From: Octopus vulgaris
Taxonomy: Eukaryota
NCBI GenBank assembly: GCA_951406725.2
Contig: OX597814.1
Location: forward strand, 106,020,001 to 106,084,000
Direction: 5' to 3'
Length of the DNA stretch: 64,000 bases
Part shown: positions 28,215 to 41,299 of the stretch, one piece after another
How the letters are laid out: each line of letters starts with the position of its first letter
Position numbering within the stretch: position 1 is the first letter of the stretch
Translations under genes and position numbers: made by a program
Notes under the pieces: model-generated
What the model saw: only the letters and a program-made list of their open reading frames with translations
Databases searched by the model: none
What the model was told of the DNA's origin: nothing

Positions 28215-29292
28215 ACTACTCACTCATACGGTAACAAATACTTATCACACATACACACACAGACACACATAACACACACAAATACACATACAGGCTCACA
28301 TACACACATATACACATCGCCACACACACACGCAGACGCATACATAGGCAGCCCCACGCACGTACACAAATTTTGCCGGAATCAATGCACATAAACACTT
28401 ACACACAAAGCTTCTAACACACACACACAAAACTTTCTCTCTCTCACGCACCCACATACACACTGACTCGTAATATACATACACCCGCACACACAGTTAC
28501 TTCCTCATACACACACACACTCTCACACATTCTTTCTCACACACATGCAAGCATACCCTCTCTCTCTCTCCCTCTCTTTTTCTTTCTCTCTCCCCCCCTG
28601 TCTTATCCAGCTGCTGGTTTACTTACAGATTACCACATCTTAACGACACAAACCAGCAGCGGTCCTTAACAAATCTGGGGTTTCTTACGACAGACTTTTT
28701 ACAGGTTATATCAGTGAGATATCAGAGCAGAGACGAAGATAGGGGATCAGGGGGAGGAGAAGAGAGAAGAGGAAGAGGAGAGAGAGAGAGAGAGGAGGGG
28801 AGAGAAGAGATAGGTAGTGTATGTGTGATGAAGGAGGTAGGGTGAGATGACCAATGTGGTGGGGGCAAAAGTAGGGATTAGAATGAGAAATAATAACAGG
28901 TTCGAGCGGGGGTGGGAGAAGATGGGGAATTGGCGGTAGGGTGGCGAGTCCTGTGGTGTGGTGGAAGGGGGAGGGCGATAGGCTTGTTTATGCAGAAATA
29001 CGGAGAGAATAAAAGGGAGAAAGAGCGAGGGAGAGAGAGAATGTGTGATGGAGACATTTATTTACACACGGATGGGGTGGGGGATAGACAGGGTCAAGGT
29101 CAAAGTAAGATTAAATTAGATAACGATGCTGGATCAAGGAAAAGAAAGGAGGGGGAGATGATCAGAGAGAGGGGGAAGGAGAGACAGACAGACAGAAAGA
29201 GACAGAGTGAGATTCAGAGTTAGAGAGTGATAGAGAGTGATAGAGAGAGATACAGAATTAGAGATAAACAAAGATATATATATATATATATA

Positions 29293-29413
29293 GGCGTAGG
29301 TTCCGGGTTCAGTCCCACTGCATGGCACCTTAACCAAGTGTCGTCTGCTATAGCCTCGGGCCGACCAAAGCCTTGTGAGTGGATTTGGTAGGCGGAAACT
29401 GAAAGAAGCCCGT

Positions 29414-29450
<37 letters not shown>

Positions 29451-29843
29451 TATATTTTGTACTGTCGTTGCTGTCCTGTTTTTGTTACCCTTTTTACCCC
29501 TCCCCAAAAAGATCTCAAATTTTATTTAATTTGCTTTTCGCGGGAAGGAAACTTTCTATCGAAGATGCGTTTCGCCTTCACCTTCGAAACGCAGAGTAGA
29601 TGAAACCATGGCGACTGAAGAAAGGGAATTTTCCTTGTACTCTATTTGTCCTGTACTCTATTTTTTTGTTGTTTAAGAAAAATGTCCAGTTCCTTGGTTT
29701 TGTGTTTTTGTTTTCGTTTCTCATTGTGTTCGACGTTTTTTTTTTTGGTGTCCTGTACCAATATATGCGTGTATATATACATGTAGAGGTAGGTACGTAC
29801 ATATATGTATGTATATATGCATATGTTTTATTTATTAATTTTT

Positions 29844-29910
<67 letters not shown>

Positions 29911-30127
29911 CAGTGTGTGTATGTTTGTGTGCCTCTGTTTGTCTCCTCAACATCGCTTGACAACTGATGCTGGTGTGTTTATATCCCCGTAATTTAGCGG
30001 TTCGGCAAAAGAGACCCATAGAATAAGTACTAGTCTTACAAAGAATAAGTCCTGGGGTCTGTTTGTTCGACTAAAGGCGGTGCTCCAGCATGGGCGCAGT
30101 CAAATGACTGAAACGAATAATAGAAAA
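29293..30127 (+). mobile_element. SINE family A copy interrupted by family P2 repeat
   Basis: The head (29293-29416) and tail (29925-30127) match family A. Confidence 0.85.
29448..29765 (+). mobile_element. Family P2 repeat nested in the SINE A microsatellite
   Basis: Homology blocks as for 27530-27990. Flanked by TA repeats. Confidence 0.55.
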
Positions 30128-30140
30128 ACATATATATATG

Positions 30141-30222
<82 letters not shown>

Positions 30223-31622
30223 CAGAGAGTGTGAGAGGGAAAGAGAGAGAGAGAATGAAAGAATGGGTGTGTCACAGAGAAAATATTTTTATTTTGCAGA
30301 GAGAGAGAATCAAAGTGAAAAAATATGAAGATAATGGAGGATCTGAGAGAGAGAGAGAGAGGGAGGGGAGGAGGGAAGGAATTAAATAGGGAGTTAAAGA
30401 TAGAATACGGGAGAGTAAGGGAGTGATTCAGACAAGAGGAGAGACGTGTGTAAGTGTGTGTTTAAATAGGTGTGTGTTTGTGTGGTGTGGCTTTACGGTG
30501 CTTGTGTGTGAGTATATGTAAAGCTTGCATGTGTACATGTTTGTGTGTGTGTATGCGTGTGTGTGCGTATGTATCTGTATGCGTACGTATGTGTTTGGCT
30601 ATATGTATGTGTGGTTGTGTGACCTAATTAGAAATATCTTCAAAACTTACAATCTATTTCATATCTGCCGACCAACATGTGGAAATCTGGTTATAAATGC
30701 GCGCGCGTGTATGAGTGTGATCTATGTGTGCATGTGTGTGTGTGATGTGTGTGTGTGTCTACGTATACATTTGTGTGCGTATGTGTGTGTGTGTGTCTAC
30801 GTATACATTTGTGTGCGTATGTGTGTGTGTGTTTGTATACGTGTGTGTGTGAGTGTATGTGTCTGTGTATGAGTGTGTGTAGGTAAGTGTGTGTTTGTCT
30901 ATGTGTGTGTATGTGTTTGTATATGTGTGTGTACGTGTTTGTATATATGTGAGTGTGTGTATGTGTGTTTGCATGTGTGTATGCATGTGTGTTTGTATAT
31001 GTGTGTGTGCACGTGTTTGTATATATATATATGTGTGTGTGTGTGTGTTTGTATGTGTGTGTGTTTGTGTATGTGTGTGTATGTGTTTGTATATGTGTGT
31101 GTACGTGTTTGTATATATGTGACTGTGTGTATGTGTGTTTGTATGTGTGTATGCATGTGTGTTTGTATATGTGTGTGTGCACGTGTATTTGTATATATAT
31201 ATATGTGTGTGTGTTTATTGATGTGTGTGTATGTGTTTTATGTGTGTTTGCGTATGTGTGTATATGTCTGTATGTGTGTATATATATATATGTGTGTGTA
31301 CGTGTGTTTGTATATATGTATATATATATGTATGTATATATGTATGTATGTATGTATGTGTGAGTGTGTGTATGTATAAGTGTGTGTACATATGTGTATG
31401 TACCTATATTTGTGTGTCTGTATATGCGGTTGTGTGCATGTGTGTTAGTATAAATTTAGTTGATTGTTTGAGCATAGTGTTGAGAGTGCGTGTGCGCTTG
31501 TGAGTGTATATGTCTGTAATGACTGTGTATGTGTGCGTTTGAATGTCCGTCGATAAATAGGAAATGCGCATGCGCGGGGAATGTGACTGGTGGCGAGGAA
31601 TTCAAGGAAAATTGTATTAACG

Positions 31623-31678
<56 letters not shown>

Positions 31679-31742
31679 TAATTAGAAGAAGAAGAAGAAG
31701 AAGAAGAAGAAGAAGAAGAAGAAGAAGAAGAAGAAGAAGAAG

Positions 31743-32702
31743 AAATGGCAAGAAAAACCTCTCTATGGCAAATACCCAAAGAGAGCGAATAATGCAGATG
31801 CTAACAAAGCAATGACCCATCAATGGCTAATGACCTCTGGCTTAAAATCTGAAACAGAAGGGTTTATCATAGCAACTCAAGATCAATGCCTACCAACAAG
31901 GAACTACCAGGCTAACATATTAAAGAACGGCAGTAGCCCAACATGTCGTGTATGTCAACAACAAAATGAAAACATTGATCATGTTGTCTCCAAGTTAAGT
32001 CTTCTAGCGCCTACAGAGTATCTCAACAGGCATGATAGAGCTGCACAATATATTCACTGGGTAATCTGCAAAAACCTGGATTTGCCCCATGAAAAAAACT
32101 GGTGGGAACACAAACCACCTCCAGTGTTTGAAAATGACCACATCTCACTCCTCTGGAACTTCCCCAGAAAGATAGATGCAAATAGGCCAGACATCATATT
32201 GAAAGACTTCAAACAAAGAACATGCCTCTTCATTGATATGGTTGTCCCAATCAATATAAACGTATCTGTCAAGACCTACCAAAAACTGAGCAAATATAAA
32301 GATCTTAAAATAGAAATCAGCAAAATGTGGAACCTGAAGACTAAAACAATACCTGTTGTCATAGGTGCCCTGGGAATGATAGCAAAAGGAGCTGATCGCT
32401 ACCTAACTCAGGCACCAGGAAACCCCAAAATGGCAGAAATTCAAAAGATAGTGCTCATGGGAACTGCTCATATCCTATTCAAAATACTTTCTATGTAATC
32501 TCAAGTTTTAAAACAAACATAATTTTCGTTTTTTTTTGTTCTTTTTTTAGACATTCACTAGTACAACACTAGATACAAAACCAAATATATGGCACACTAG
32601 GCATAACAACATCACGAACTTCCAACCTGTTGTCTCTTGAGGTCTCTGGGTGAAACTTGGAGCCAACTTGTACAAATGTAAAACAAAAGTCAAACATAGA
32701 AA
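31743..32702 (+). mobile_element. R4/Dong-clade non-LTR retrotransposon, 5'-truncated
   Basis: ORF 31812-32498 has CRVC...ENIDHVVS...YLNRHD...IHW (zinc knuckle region) and RPDII...D..VP...KLSKYKDL...VVIGALG (RLE domain). The 3' UTR ends in (AAT)n, the known Dong-type target. Confidence 0.9.
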
Positions 32703-32737
<35 letters not shown>

Positions 32738-32738
<1 letters not shown>

Positions 32739-35302
32739 TCCCAGGAATGACAAGATGTGAACGAGGACAGGCGAGGTCCCTCCTGAACCTCATCAACACC
32801 CTGTACATGGAGCAAGTAATACTCCAACCAACCAGGGCAGGTAACACACTGGATCTCTGCTTCACAAATAATATGGATCTCATCCATAATGTGAAAGTGA
32901 CACCGACACTACTCTCGGATCACAACATGGTAGAGCTGACCATGTACGGGCCAAAAGAGAGCACGGACATGCAGCCTACAAAAACCCTCAGAATCTTTCC
33001 AGCTTGAACTACCTATAAGGCAAACTGGAAACAAATTGAGAAAGAGATCCTCAAACAAAACTGGCCTAAATGTCTCTCCTCGCCAGACATCGACGTGAAA
33101 CTTCAACAATTCATGTCTGTAACGCAAGCCATATGCTACAAATGTGTCCCAGAGAGAAATGCCACTGTACACAAGAACAAAATCCCCAGAGAGAGGAAAA
33201 TCTTAATGAGACGGCGTACAAAAATTTCAAATCGCCTAAACAAACAGATTGAAAGCAGTGAAAAGTCCCGCCTGAAAATAAAACTGTTGGAAATTGAAAA
33301 ATGTCTGCAACTCTCCCATGAAAAGGAAAGAGCAGACAAAGAAGCCTGGGCTATAGACAACATAAAATCTAACCCCAGAGCTTTTCTACAGGTATGCCAA
33401 AGAAACAGCTACGGTGCACTGTAGGATAGGGCCACTCCTTGAAGAGGATGGCACACTCACAGGAAAACCAATGAGGGTAAGTGAAATACTGAATGAGCAA
33501 TTCAAGAGTGTTTTCACTCCACCCCTCAGGCATTTCCAAATCACCAATCCAACTGACTTCTTTACCACTGCAGATATAAAATCAGAGGCGGCGACGATAA
33601 ATTACATCGATATAAAGGAAGACGATGTAATAAAGGCCATAGATGAAATGAAAACAGAATCAGCTATTGGCCCCGATGGATTCCCGGCAATCCTCCTAAA
33701 AGTATGTAAGAGAGTCCTAGCAAGACCACTGCAGATCCTCTTTCAGAGCTTCCTAGCAGCTGGCAAACTTCCAAAAAAACTGAAGGAAGGTAAAATATGC
33801 CCTATTCATAAAGGTGGTAGCAGAGCAGAGGCCAAGAACTACAGACCTATCTCTCTCACCTCACACATCAGCCAGGTCATGGAACGAATAGTCAGAAGGA
33901 AACTAATCACCTTCCTTGAAGAAAATGACTTGCTGCCTGACACCCAACATGGTTTCCGACCAGGAAGAAGCTGTTTAACTCAGCTCCTACAACACTATGA
34001 CTGGGTGCTGAAACAACTGCTCAACCACTCAAATGTGGAAGTCATATATCTCGACTTTGCAGAGGCCTTTGATAAAGTCGATCATGGAATGATATGTCAC
34101 AAACTGCGTGATCTTGGCATAGTTGGAAAATTGGGAGAATGGCTTCATGACTTTCTGAAGAATAGAAATCAGGTGGTAGCAGCCAATGGGGCCACTTCCA
34201 TTAACACACAAATAGTGAGCGGTGTTCCGCAGGGCACTGTTTTGGGACCACTACTGTTCATAATAGCCCTCTCAGACATGCCCTCAGACACGCAGAGAGC
34301 CACTATCACAAGTTATGCAGATGATACAAAAGTTTCACAGGCAATACAGAACCCTGAAGACACTAAGCACCTGCAATGTGAGCTGGACGAAATATAACAG
34401 TGGGCTGAAAAGAATAGCATGCAGTTCAATGCTGAAAAGTTTCAAGCTTTATACAATCAGCATGCAAAACTAAATGCAATACCCAACGAATACACTGGAC
34501 CCGGAGGAATAGCAATCCCAGAGGCACAATCAGTGTGTGACCTGGGTATTTACATGAGCGATGACGCAACCTTTCGTGTTCATGTTGCTAAATTGGCAAT
34601 GAAATGTAGACGACTGGCCGGATGGATTCTCAGAACCTTTAGAACAAGAGAACAAGAAACCATGATGGTCCTCTGGAGGACACTTGTCCTAAGCCACTTT
34701 GACTATTGCTCTCAGTTATGGTCACCATCCAGTGTCAAGTTGATCACAGAGCTCGAGGCGATCCAGCGTAGCTACACAAAGAAGATAGCCTCTATGCAGA
34801 ATGTAAGCTACTGGGAAAGACTCAAGAGATTAAAACTATATTCCTTGGAGCGTAGGCGGGAAAGATATGCCATAATATACATCTGGAAGATCCTGGAGGG
34901 ACGTGTCCCAAACTTTGGCATCGAGAGTTACACAAATGCCAGAACTGGGCGCCACTGCGTGGTGCCTAGGACTCCAAATTTGCCATCAAGATGTAGGACA
35001 AGATACTGTGATAGCCTGGGCTTCCGTGGCCCACAGCTCTTCAATATCCTCCCGAAGAACCTGAGAGACCTGCATGTGGTGGATACAGATGTCTTTAAAA
35101 TGGAACTGGATCTCTTCCTGTCAGGTGTCCCAGATGAACCAACTTCACGGCAGGAGGTGCAGATGAGGGCAGCTGCATCGAACTCTCTCATGCACCAAAT
35201 GGCAGTTGCTAAAAAGCTTTCGTGAAGTAAAACCAAGTAGCAACACCAAATGGCGGTGCCCCAGTATGGCCACAGCTCATGAGCTGAAACTAGAATCAAT
35301 CA

Positions 35303-35305
<3 letters not shown>
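32738..35305 (+). mobile_element. CR1-group LINE, 5'-truncated, disrupted ORF2 (APE endonuclease end plus RT)
   Basis: Motifs in order: PTRAGNTLDLCFTN...SDH (APE), GPDG, NYRPISLTS, QHGFRPGRSC, YLDFAEAFDKVDH, SGVPQGTVLGP, YADD (34314-34325), LYSLERRRER. Frameshifts lie near 33000 and 33385 and there is an in-frame TAA at 34395-34397. A short tail with stem-loop and (AATC)n follows. Confidence 0.92.
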
Positions 35306-35355
<50 letters not shown>

Positions 35356-35365
35356 GTAGTAATAA

Positions 35366-35397
<32 letters not shown>

Positions 35398-35776
35398 ATG
35401 CAGTACCAAACAGTGGCTCTGATGCAGTACCAGGCAATGGAAGTGTTATCATGTACATTGTTTTGGCTTGGTATAAAAAGATGGGCTACAGCAAATATTC
35501 TGCTTAATACCACAAATTTGCTTGTCGGTTGTTTGACCGTAACTAGTTAACTATGTCCCTTAGTGGCTGATATGTGCATCTCTGATCACGAGCAGAAGTA
35601 GTCGGGGAGCATCATGTGCTGTTTATTTTGATATGAGATCACCATCTCGTGCACATATGGCTGTGATGCATGTGCCTAATGTACCCTTATCAGACGAGTA
35701 GTCATGATGGGTATATTGGGCTTCGTATATTTTACCCCAGTGTCACTTTGATGGCATGCACTGCTCTCTCACACAG
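35398..35776 (+). mobile_element. Non-coding repeat between (AAT)n tracts, probably a 3' UTR of an (AAT)n-targeting LINE
   Basis: Unique-complexity 380-bp block bounded on both sides by (AAT)n in the same phase and orientation as the Dong copy upstream. The family assignment is inference. Confidence 0.45.
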
Positions 35777-35780
35777 TAAT

Positions 35781-35849
<69 letters not shown>

Positions 35850-35851
35850 TA

Positions 35852-35882
<31 letters not shown>

Positions 35883-36149
35883 GGATGATGATGATGATGA
35901 AGTCGCAATGGGGACATTGATAATTTTGATCTCGCCTGGGATTGGTCAATTGAGTCCGTTGATTGTAGGATAGAATTATTTTAGTGTTCTGTTTCTTCAA
36001 CTCAAATTGTTTCGATGCATCATAACACATTTTATATCACTCAGATCAATCATAACACATTTTACGTCACTCAGATTAGCTTAAAACCTCTACAGCTTAA
36101 TAAATTAATCTGCAGGGATTTTACTGATTGTTTCAACTTATCCTGATAT

Positions 36150-36945
36150 CTAAGGATGGGTTTTCCTTTAGCACGGAATCTCTCTAAATAATGGCCGTAC
36201 AAAACAATTTTCTGATTGCGACCATCTAGCATTCGAACCTGTCGAGCCCATGTCTACTGAATTGGCAACAGAATGCTTTCGATACAGGAGGTATCACATT
36301 TTTCTGAAAGTTTGACATTTGATATCTTACAATTTTATGTTGCAAAAACTGCGCAGACAGCACATGTGAAAATTTTCTTAGTTTCTTGTAGTAGGGAGTC
36401 CATGCTTACAAGATTTGTATACACTTATTTTAGTTTTCAAACTGACACATTTTTCACCCCACAAAGGAAGGGTAGAAGTTGAGAATATAGAAGAAAGCAA
36501 TGATCCTGTTGTAGCGTAATCTTCGCGAGAGCATCAATTCTGCTGAAGAAATTCTAGCATCAAGACTAGTTCTATGAGAATCATTCTCAAATCAAAGTTC
36601 TCCTAAAATCTATGCCCCAAAGACACAAGGTATGGATCTCAAACAGAATGTCAACATCACTCAGATCCTTAGACATCTCCTCGAAGAAAATCGCATGAGA
36701 GGAAATATTTTTGGCGAGCAAAAAAGGCCCAAGAATTGGAACTGGCTGCAAGTTCCTATCAGTTGAAAGGTGTATTTGATTCCCTAAAATCGCAGTACGG
36801 AACTTAACTTTTCTACTGATGGATCAAAGTAGCAAAGATGACATTTTGAAAAGATGGTTCGAACTCTTTAAATTCACGTTCAATCTAGAATACACCATCG
36901 ATTCTGAAGTAATCAATGAAATCCTTCAAATGATCACTACAATTC
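36150..36945 (+). mobile_element. Degenerate RTE-clade LINE fragment
   Basis: FWRAKKAQELELAA...[11 protein letters not shown] and [16 protein letters not shown]...IDSEVINEI resemble the RTE/BovB linker between endonuclease and RT. Confidence 0.55.
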
Positions 36946-36998
36946 CGAATGTTCACATACACACACACACGCTCATGCATATATATATATATACATAC

Positions 36999-37050
<52 letters not shown>

Positions 37051-37169
37051 ATATGTATATAACTATACATATACGCACACACACACGTACACATATATAT
37101 ACATGTGTGTATGTGTATCATTATGTTACTGCTATTCCTCCATCACCGCTTGACAACCTGTTTGGCTTG

Positions 37170-37350
37170 TTTGCGTCTCCGTCTTTCTTTTCTCTTGGTC
37201 TTTCCTCTGTCTCCTGTTTCTGACGAAGAGCTTTGCTCGAAACGTAAAACCACCTTTCTTTCCTTCCCATGGCGTCTACTAATACTTTTGCATGTACCTC
37301 GTCCTCACGTTGTTGTTTTTTCTTTCTGTGTTTTTCCTCGTTTTTTTTTT
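37170..37350 (+). mobile_element. Solo PLE pseudo-LTR fragment related to 2320-2596
   Basis: T/C-rich flank, a hammerhead, then cttccc..gcgtctactaatac as in the other copies. Confidence 0.65.
37216..37250 (+). ncRNA. Minimal type I hammerhead ribozyme, canonical core
   Basis: GUUU-CUGACGA-A-GAGC-UUU-GCUC-GAAAC-GU-A-AAAC. All core nucleotides are present, stems I and II pair, and stem III is the palindromic ACGU. Confidence 0.85.
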
Positions 37351-37365
37351 TTGATTAATGATATT

Positions 37366-37608
37366 TATATGCAAAATTTAGGTTAATTAAAATATATTTG
37401 TGGCGTATTTCAACAGCTAAAAGACAAATGCATGGCAGTTACCACGGAGAAAATATCTTTCTTGTGGTAAAAGGTGTGAAAACACTGAACAACCGGGGGT
37501 TTTCACACCTTTTGCCATAAGAGAAGTATTTTCTCCACAATAACTGCTATGTATTTGTCATTTAGCAGTTGAAATAAGTCACAAACATATTTTAACTAAC
37601 ATAAAATT

Positions 37609-37616
<8 letters not shown>
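37366..37616. mobile_element. Long hairpin (foldback/MITE-like) element
   Basis: Imperfect inverted arms of about 118 bp, including tatgcaaa/tttgcata, tatttcaac/gttgaaata and aaggtgtgaaaac/gttttcacacctt, around a loop of about 15 nt. Confidence 0.8.
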
Positions 37617-37646
<30 letters not shown>

Positions 37647-37649
<3 letters not shown>

Positions 37650-38049
37650 GCAGGAGTGGCTGTGTGGTAAGTAGCTTGCTAACCAACCACATGGTTCCGG
37701 GTTCAGTCCCACTGCGTGGCACCTTGGGCAAGTGTCTTCTGCTATAGCCCCGGGCCGACCAATGCCTTGTGAGTGGATTTGGTAGACGGGAACTGAAAGA
37801 AGCCTGTCGTATATATGTATATATATATGCATGTGTGTGTGTTTGTGTGTCTGTGTTTGTCCCCCCAACATCGCTTGACAACCGATGCTGGTGTGTTTAC
37901 GTCCCCGTCACTTAGTGGTTCGACAAAAAGACCGATAGAATAAGTACTAAGCTTACAAAGAATAAGTCCCGGGGTCGATTTGCTCGACTAAAGGCGGTGC
38001 TCCAGCATGGCCCCAGTCAAATGACTGAAACAAGTAAAAGAGTAAAAGA
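37647..38049 (+). mobile_element. SINE family A, best-preserved copy
   Basis: Complete head (A and B boxes), gcaccttgggcaagtg, internal (TA)/(TG) tract and tail ggcggtgctccagcatggccccagtcaaatgactgaaac followed by (agtaaaag)n. Confidence 0.9.
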
Positions 38050-38256
38050 GGCATAAACATGTATGTGTGCATATGCGCCTGTTTGATTGTGTGCGTACGT
38101 GTGCTACAGGTAATTCTAAACAAGTGTAGACAACAACAATACAGGATACGTGAATAACGACAGAATGAATATAATTATTTCTTGCACATACGTGTTAGTT
38201 ATGTACAATGAAATGTTATTATAAAAATATTTCCAGTTGATGGATGGCATCGGATA

Positions 38257-38510
38257 GCAGAAGTCATCTGACAAACTTCGGAGCCAATGGAAACGTTTGA
38301 AAGAGGAACTCTGCGAAAATTCTTTGAAATGCTCGGTTTGTATGCTGCCGTCTGAGATGATAAATTGCTTGCCATTGCTCCAGACTCTGCTGCTGTCTCT
38401 GAAGTGACATCAATACATTGATGTTAACACTCAACAACAGTGCAGAAGAAGCTCGCTTTAGTCGTTCGATTATTCTTCTGTTGATCAATATAGCAATCAC
38501 CCCAATCATT
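38257..38510 (+). mobile_element. Possible very degenerate hAT C-terminal (dimerisation) fragment
   Basis: SQWKRLKEEL... and LTLNNSAEEARFSR loosely resemble EW..LK and P.S.A..ER.FS. The match is weak. Confidence 0.25.
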
Positions 38511-39219
38511 ATAGGCATTCCAACAGATATATCCTAATATTCTATAGACGAGGCTCGGTTCGTATGGAGATTCCTCTCAATGCAAACCACATTAGTAAGG
38601 CGGATACTAACTTCAGAGGAGACAGAGGTGTCGGCTAGGGCACCAATGATGATGGTGATAATGACGATAACGATGTTAGGGGTGATGGTAATAATGATGA
38701 TGGTGATGACGACGACGATGATGGTGATGCGAATGACGTCAACGGCAATCACGGTTCTGTGGACTTTTACGAACCAACGCAAATATGTATTATGTGTGTG
38801 TGTGTGTGTTTGTGCGTGCGCGCGCGATGCTAGGAGAGTTCACAGTGACTTCAAGGATTCGCCGCCAGGTTTATCCAGTAATCTGTGAAGTGCTTCTTGA
38901 GCAAAACTTCGAAGTTACAGTCAACAACTCATTTAAATTTAATATTTGACTACCTGACTCTAAATCAAGTATTGAGTCGTTTCGTCAATACATTTTTGTA
39001 TTGTTATGCCAACATCCTGGTTTTAATTCGGAACCTTGATATTTCCGAGTTTCCCATCAGTATATACTCACACGAAAGCGCGTGCGCACATCTAGACATA
39101 CATTTATACATTTACACACACACACATACACACATACACACACACAGATATATATATATGCTTCCATATAATAATACTGTAATTGTTCCATTGTTGTTGT
39201 TTTTTGTTTCCGTTTCGAT

Positions 39220-39271
<52 letters not shown>

Positions 39272-39449
39272 ATATATGTATTCGTGTAAGAATCACGGAA
39301 AATATTTCGATGCTCGTATATATATATGTATGTGTATATATATATGAATATATGCACATATACATACACATACGCACACACACACACACACATATCATAT
39401 ACATACAGACATATATGTATATATGTACACACTCACACACATATTTATA

Positions 39450-39800
39450 TGTTCACAGCGACCCATTTGAAATCATTCCATTCCTTCACTTCTGACAAGT
39501 ACCAAAATCTATTGAAAGAGCTTTCATCTTGAAAAACTTTGTTACGCCAACATCCTAGCTTTTAATTTCGGAACCTTGATATTTCCAAGTTTCTCATCAA
39601 ACCACCGAAAACCTATTCACTTTTGCCTTCATAAGCATTTTTCATTAAACCCAACTTAATTTTCAGTTGCAGGCAGGCGAAAACTACTTTCTTTCGATTA
39701 GCTGAAGAACTCTCTTGTCTTGTATGTTTGTGTTTGATGCCAACCACATCAGATGCAACCGTTTTCATTAACAGCGATGGTTCTGCCCTCTGCATTTACA
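39450..39800 (-). mobile_element. Degenerate Chapaev3-like (CMC) transposase fragment
   Basis: NRKKVVFACLQLKIKLGLMKN resembles PPLHIKLGLMKNFVKA. It is followed by PKLKA and QDESSF...SEVKEWNDFKWV. A partial second copy lies at about 39008-39060. Confidence 0.45.
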
Positions 39801-40313
39801 TATAAAATACCCACAATTCATCTCAACCGCTTCTTGCATGTTCACTGATATAATTATTCGATTCGCTTCTATTGATAGTTTCTATATTGGCTTTACTGGG
39901 TTCCTGTATATAATAGACTACCGTAGTCGAATGAATTGATGAGAAAGTATAATGATGCCTAACTCAATACTGAATCAGGGCTTCGTGCTGGGAAGCTTTT
40001 ATGTCTCTCGCGATCTCTGACGGGCTGACGCTTGCCATATTATTTAATATAAATTCATACATGCTCTATCAACTATCCTTGATTTATTTTCTAAATCTGT
40101 TCAAGGTTTCAGGAATCATCTTTGTTCTTATAACAATTACCGCTGTGTTATGTAACCTCCACTCTCACATGTATCCTATCATTGCCAAAAATATTAATCG
40201 CCCCCTCTTCTATCAAATTATTTTGGTTTTAAACGATAGCTACGTATCTCACTCGGTTTGGTAATGCTTTCTCCTCCAAACTCAATGCATCGAGCATTTT
40301 ATTTTAGAAAATA

Positions 40314-40645
40314 TTGTGCGGTAAGAAATTTACTTCCCAACCACATTGTTCCGGGTTCAGTCCCATTGCACGGCACCATGAGCAAGTGTCTTCGACTATA
40401 GTCTCGAACCGACTAAAGCTTCATCAGTGGAATTGGTAGACGGAAACTGAAAGAAACCTGTCGTACAGACACACACACACATACATATATACATACTTAG
40501 GTGTGTCCGTCCTTGTGTCTATGTTTTTCCCCATCACCACTTGAAACCCAGGCTTAAAAAACGTGCGATTAAAATCCTTCGAAGTGGTGCTTCATCATGG
40601 CCGCAGTCTAATGACTGAAACAAGTGAAAGATAAAGAAAAAAGAT
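40314..40645 (+). mobile_element. SINE family A copy, diverged
   Basis: Head gttccgggttcagtccc and tail catggccgcagtctaatgactgaaac. Confidence 0.8.
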
Positions 40646-41142
40646 AGATTTCAAAGATTAAATCTTCTCACAGCCCTTCAACTGTAAACTTTTAAAATAT
40701 CGCAAATTTCTTACGCCAAATTTTAAAACCAACTGCTGAGACCGAAACTTCGTTCTCCAGATTCTTCTCCCCGCTTCCTCCTTTTCATCATCATCATCAC
40801 CACCACCATCATTATCATCATTAGCAGTAATCGCAATAACAACAGCGACAGCAACTGCCCTAAAATTACTCTCAACTTAACCATTAAAGTAAGCGTTGCA
40901 GATTTCTCAATGAAACGAAAATCCTTCCTTTATGCAACTCTTAGAATGGATTATTTAACAATAGACGCGAGGCAAACTGTTCTTCTGAAATCAGCAACCG
41001 TTCTTCACTTTCCATTTTTGCTCTTTGCGATTTGAACCAAGTTTATTTGCCTTTTTAAGGAAACAGAGAAACAGATTAATTTCAGATGCATTTCTCATGT
41101 ACAAATCTACTTTTGATCTTTATTCGTAATTCTGTGATGTAT

Positions 41143-41256
41143 TGGGGGATATGGCGTAGCGGTTAAGAGCATAGGCTACTAACCCCAAGATTCCGTGTTC
41201 GATTCCAGACAGTGACCTGAATAATAGTAATAATAATAATGATAATAATAATAGTG

Positions 41257-41299
<43 letters not shown>

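Noticed and set aside
41143-41215. Possible tRNA gene with ACT anticodon
   Set aside because: The acceptor stem does not close and the sequence continues into a repeat body. Treated as a SINE head.
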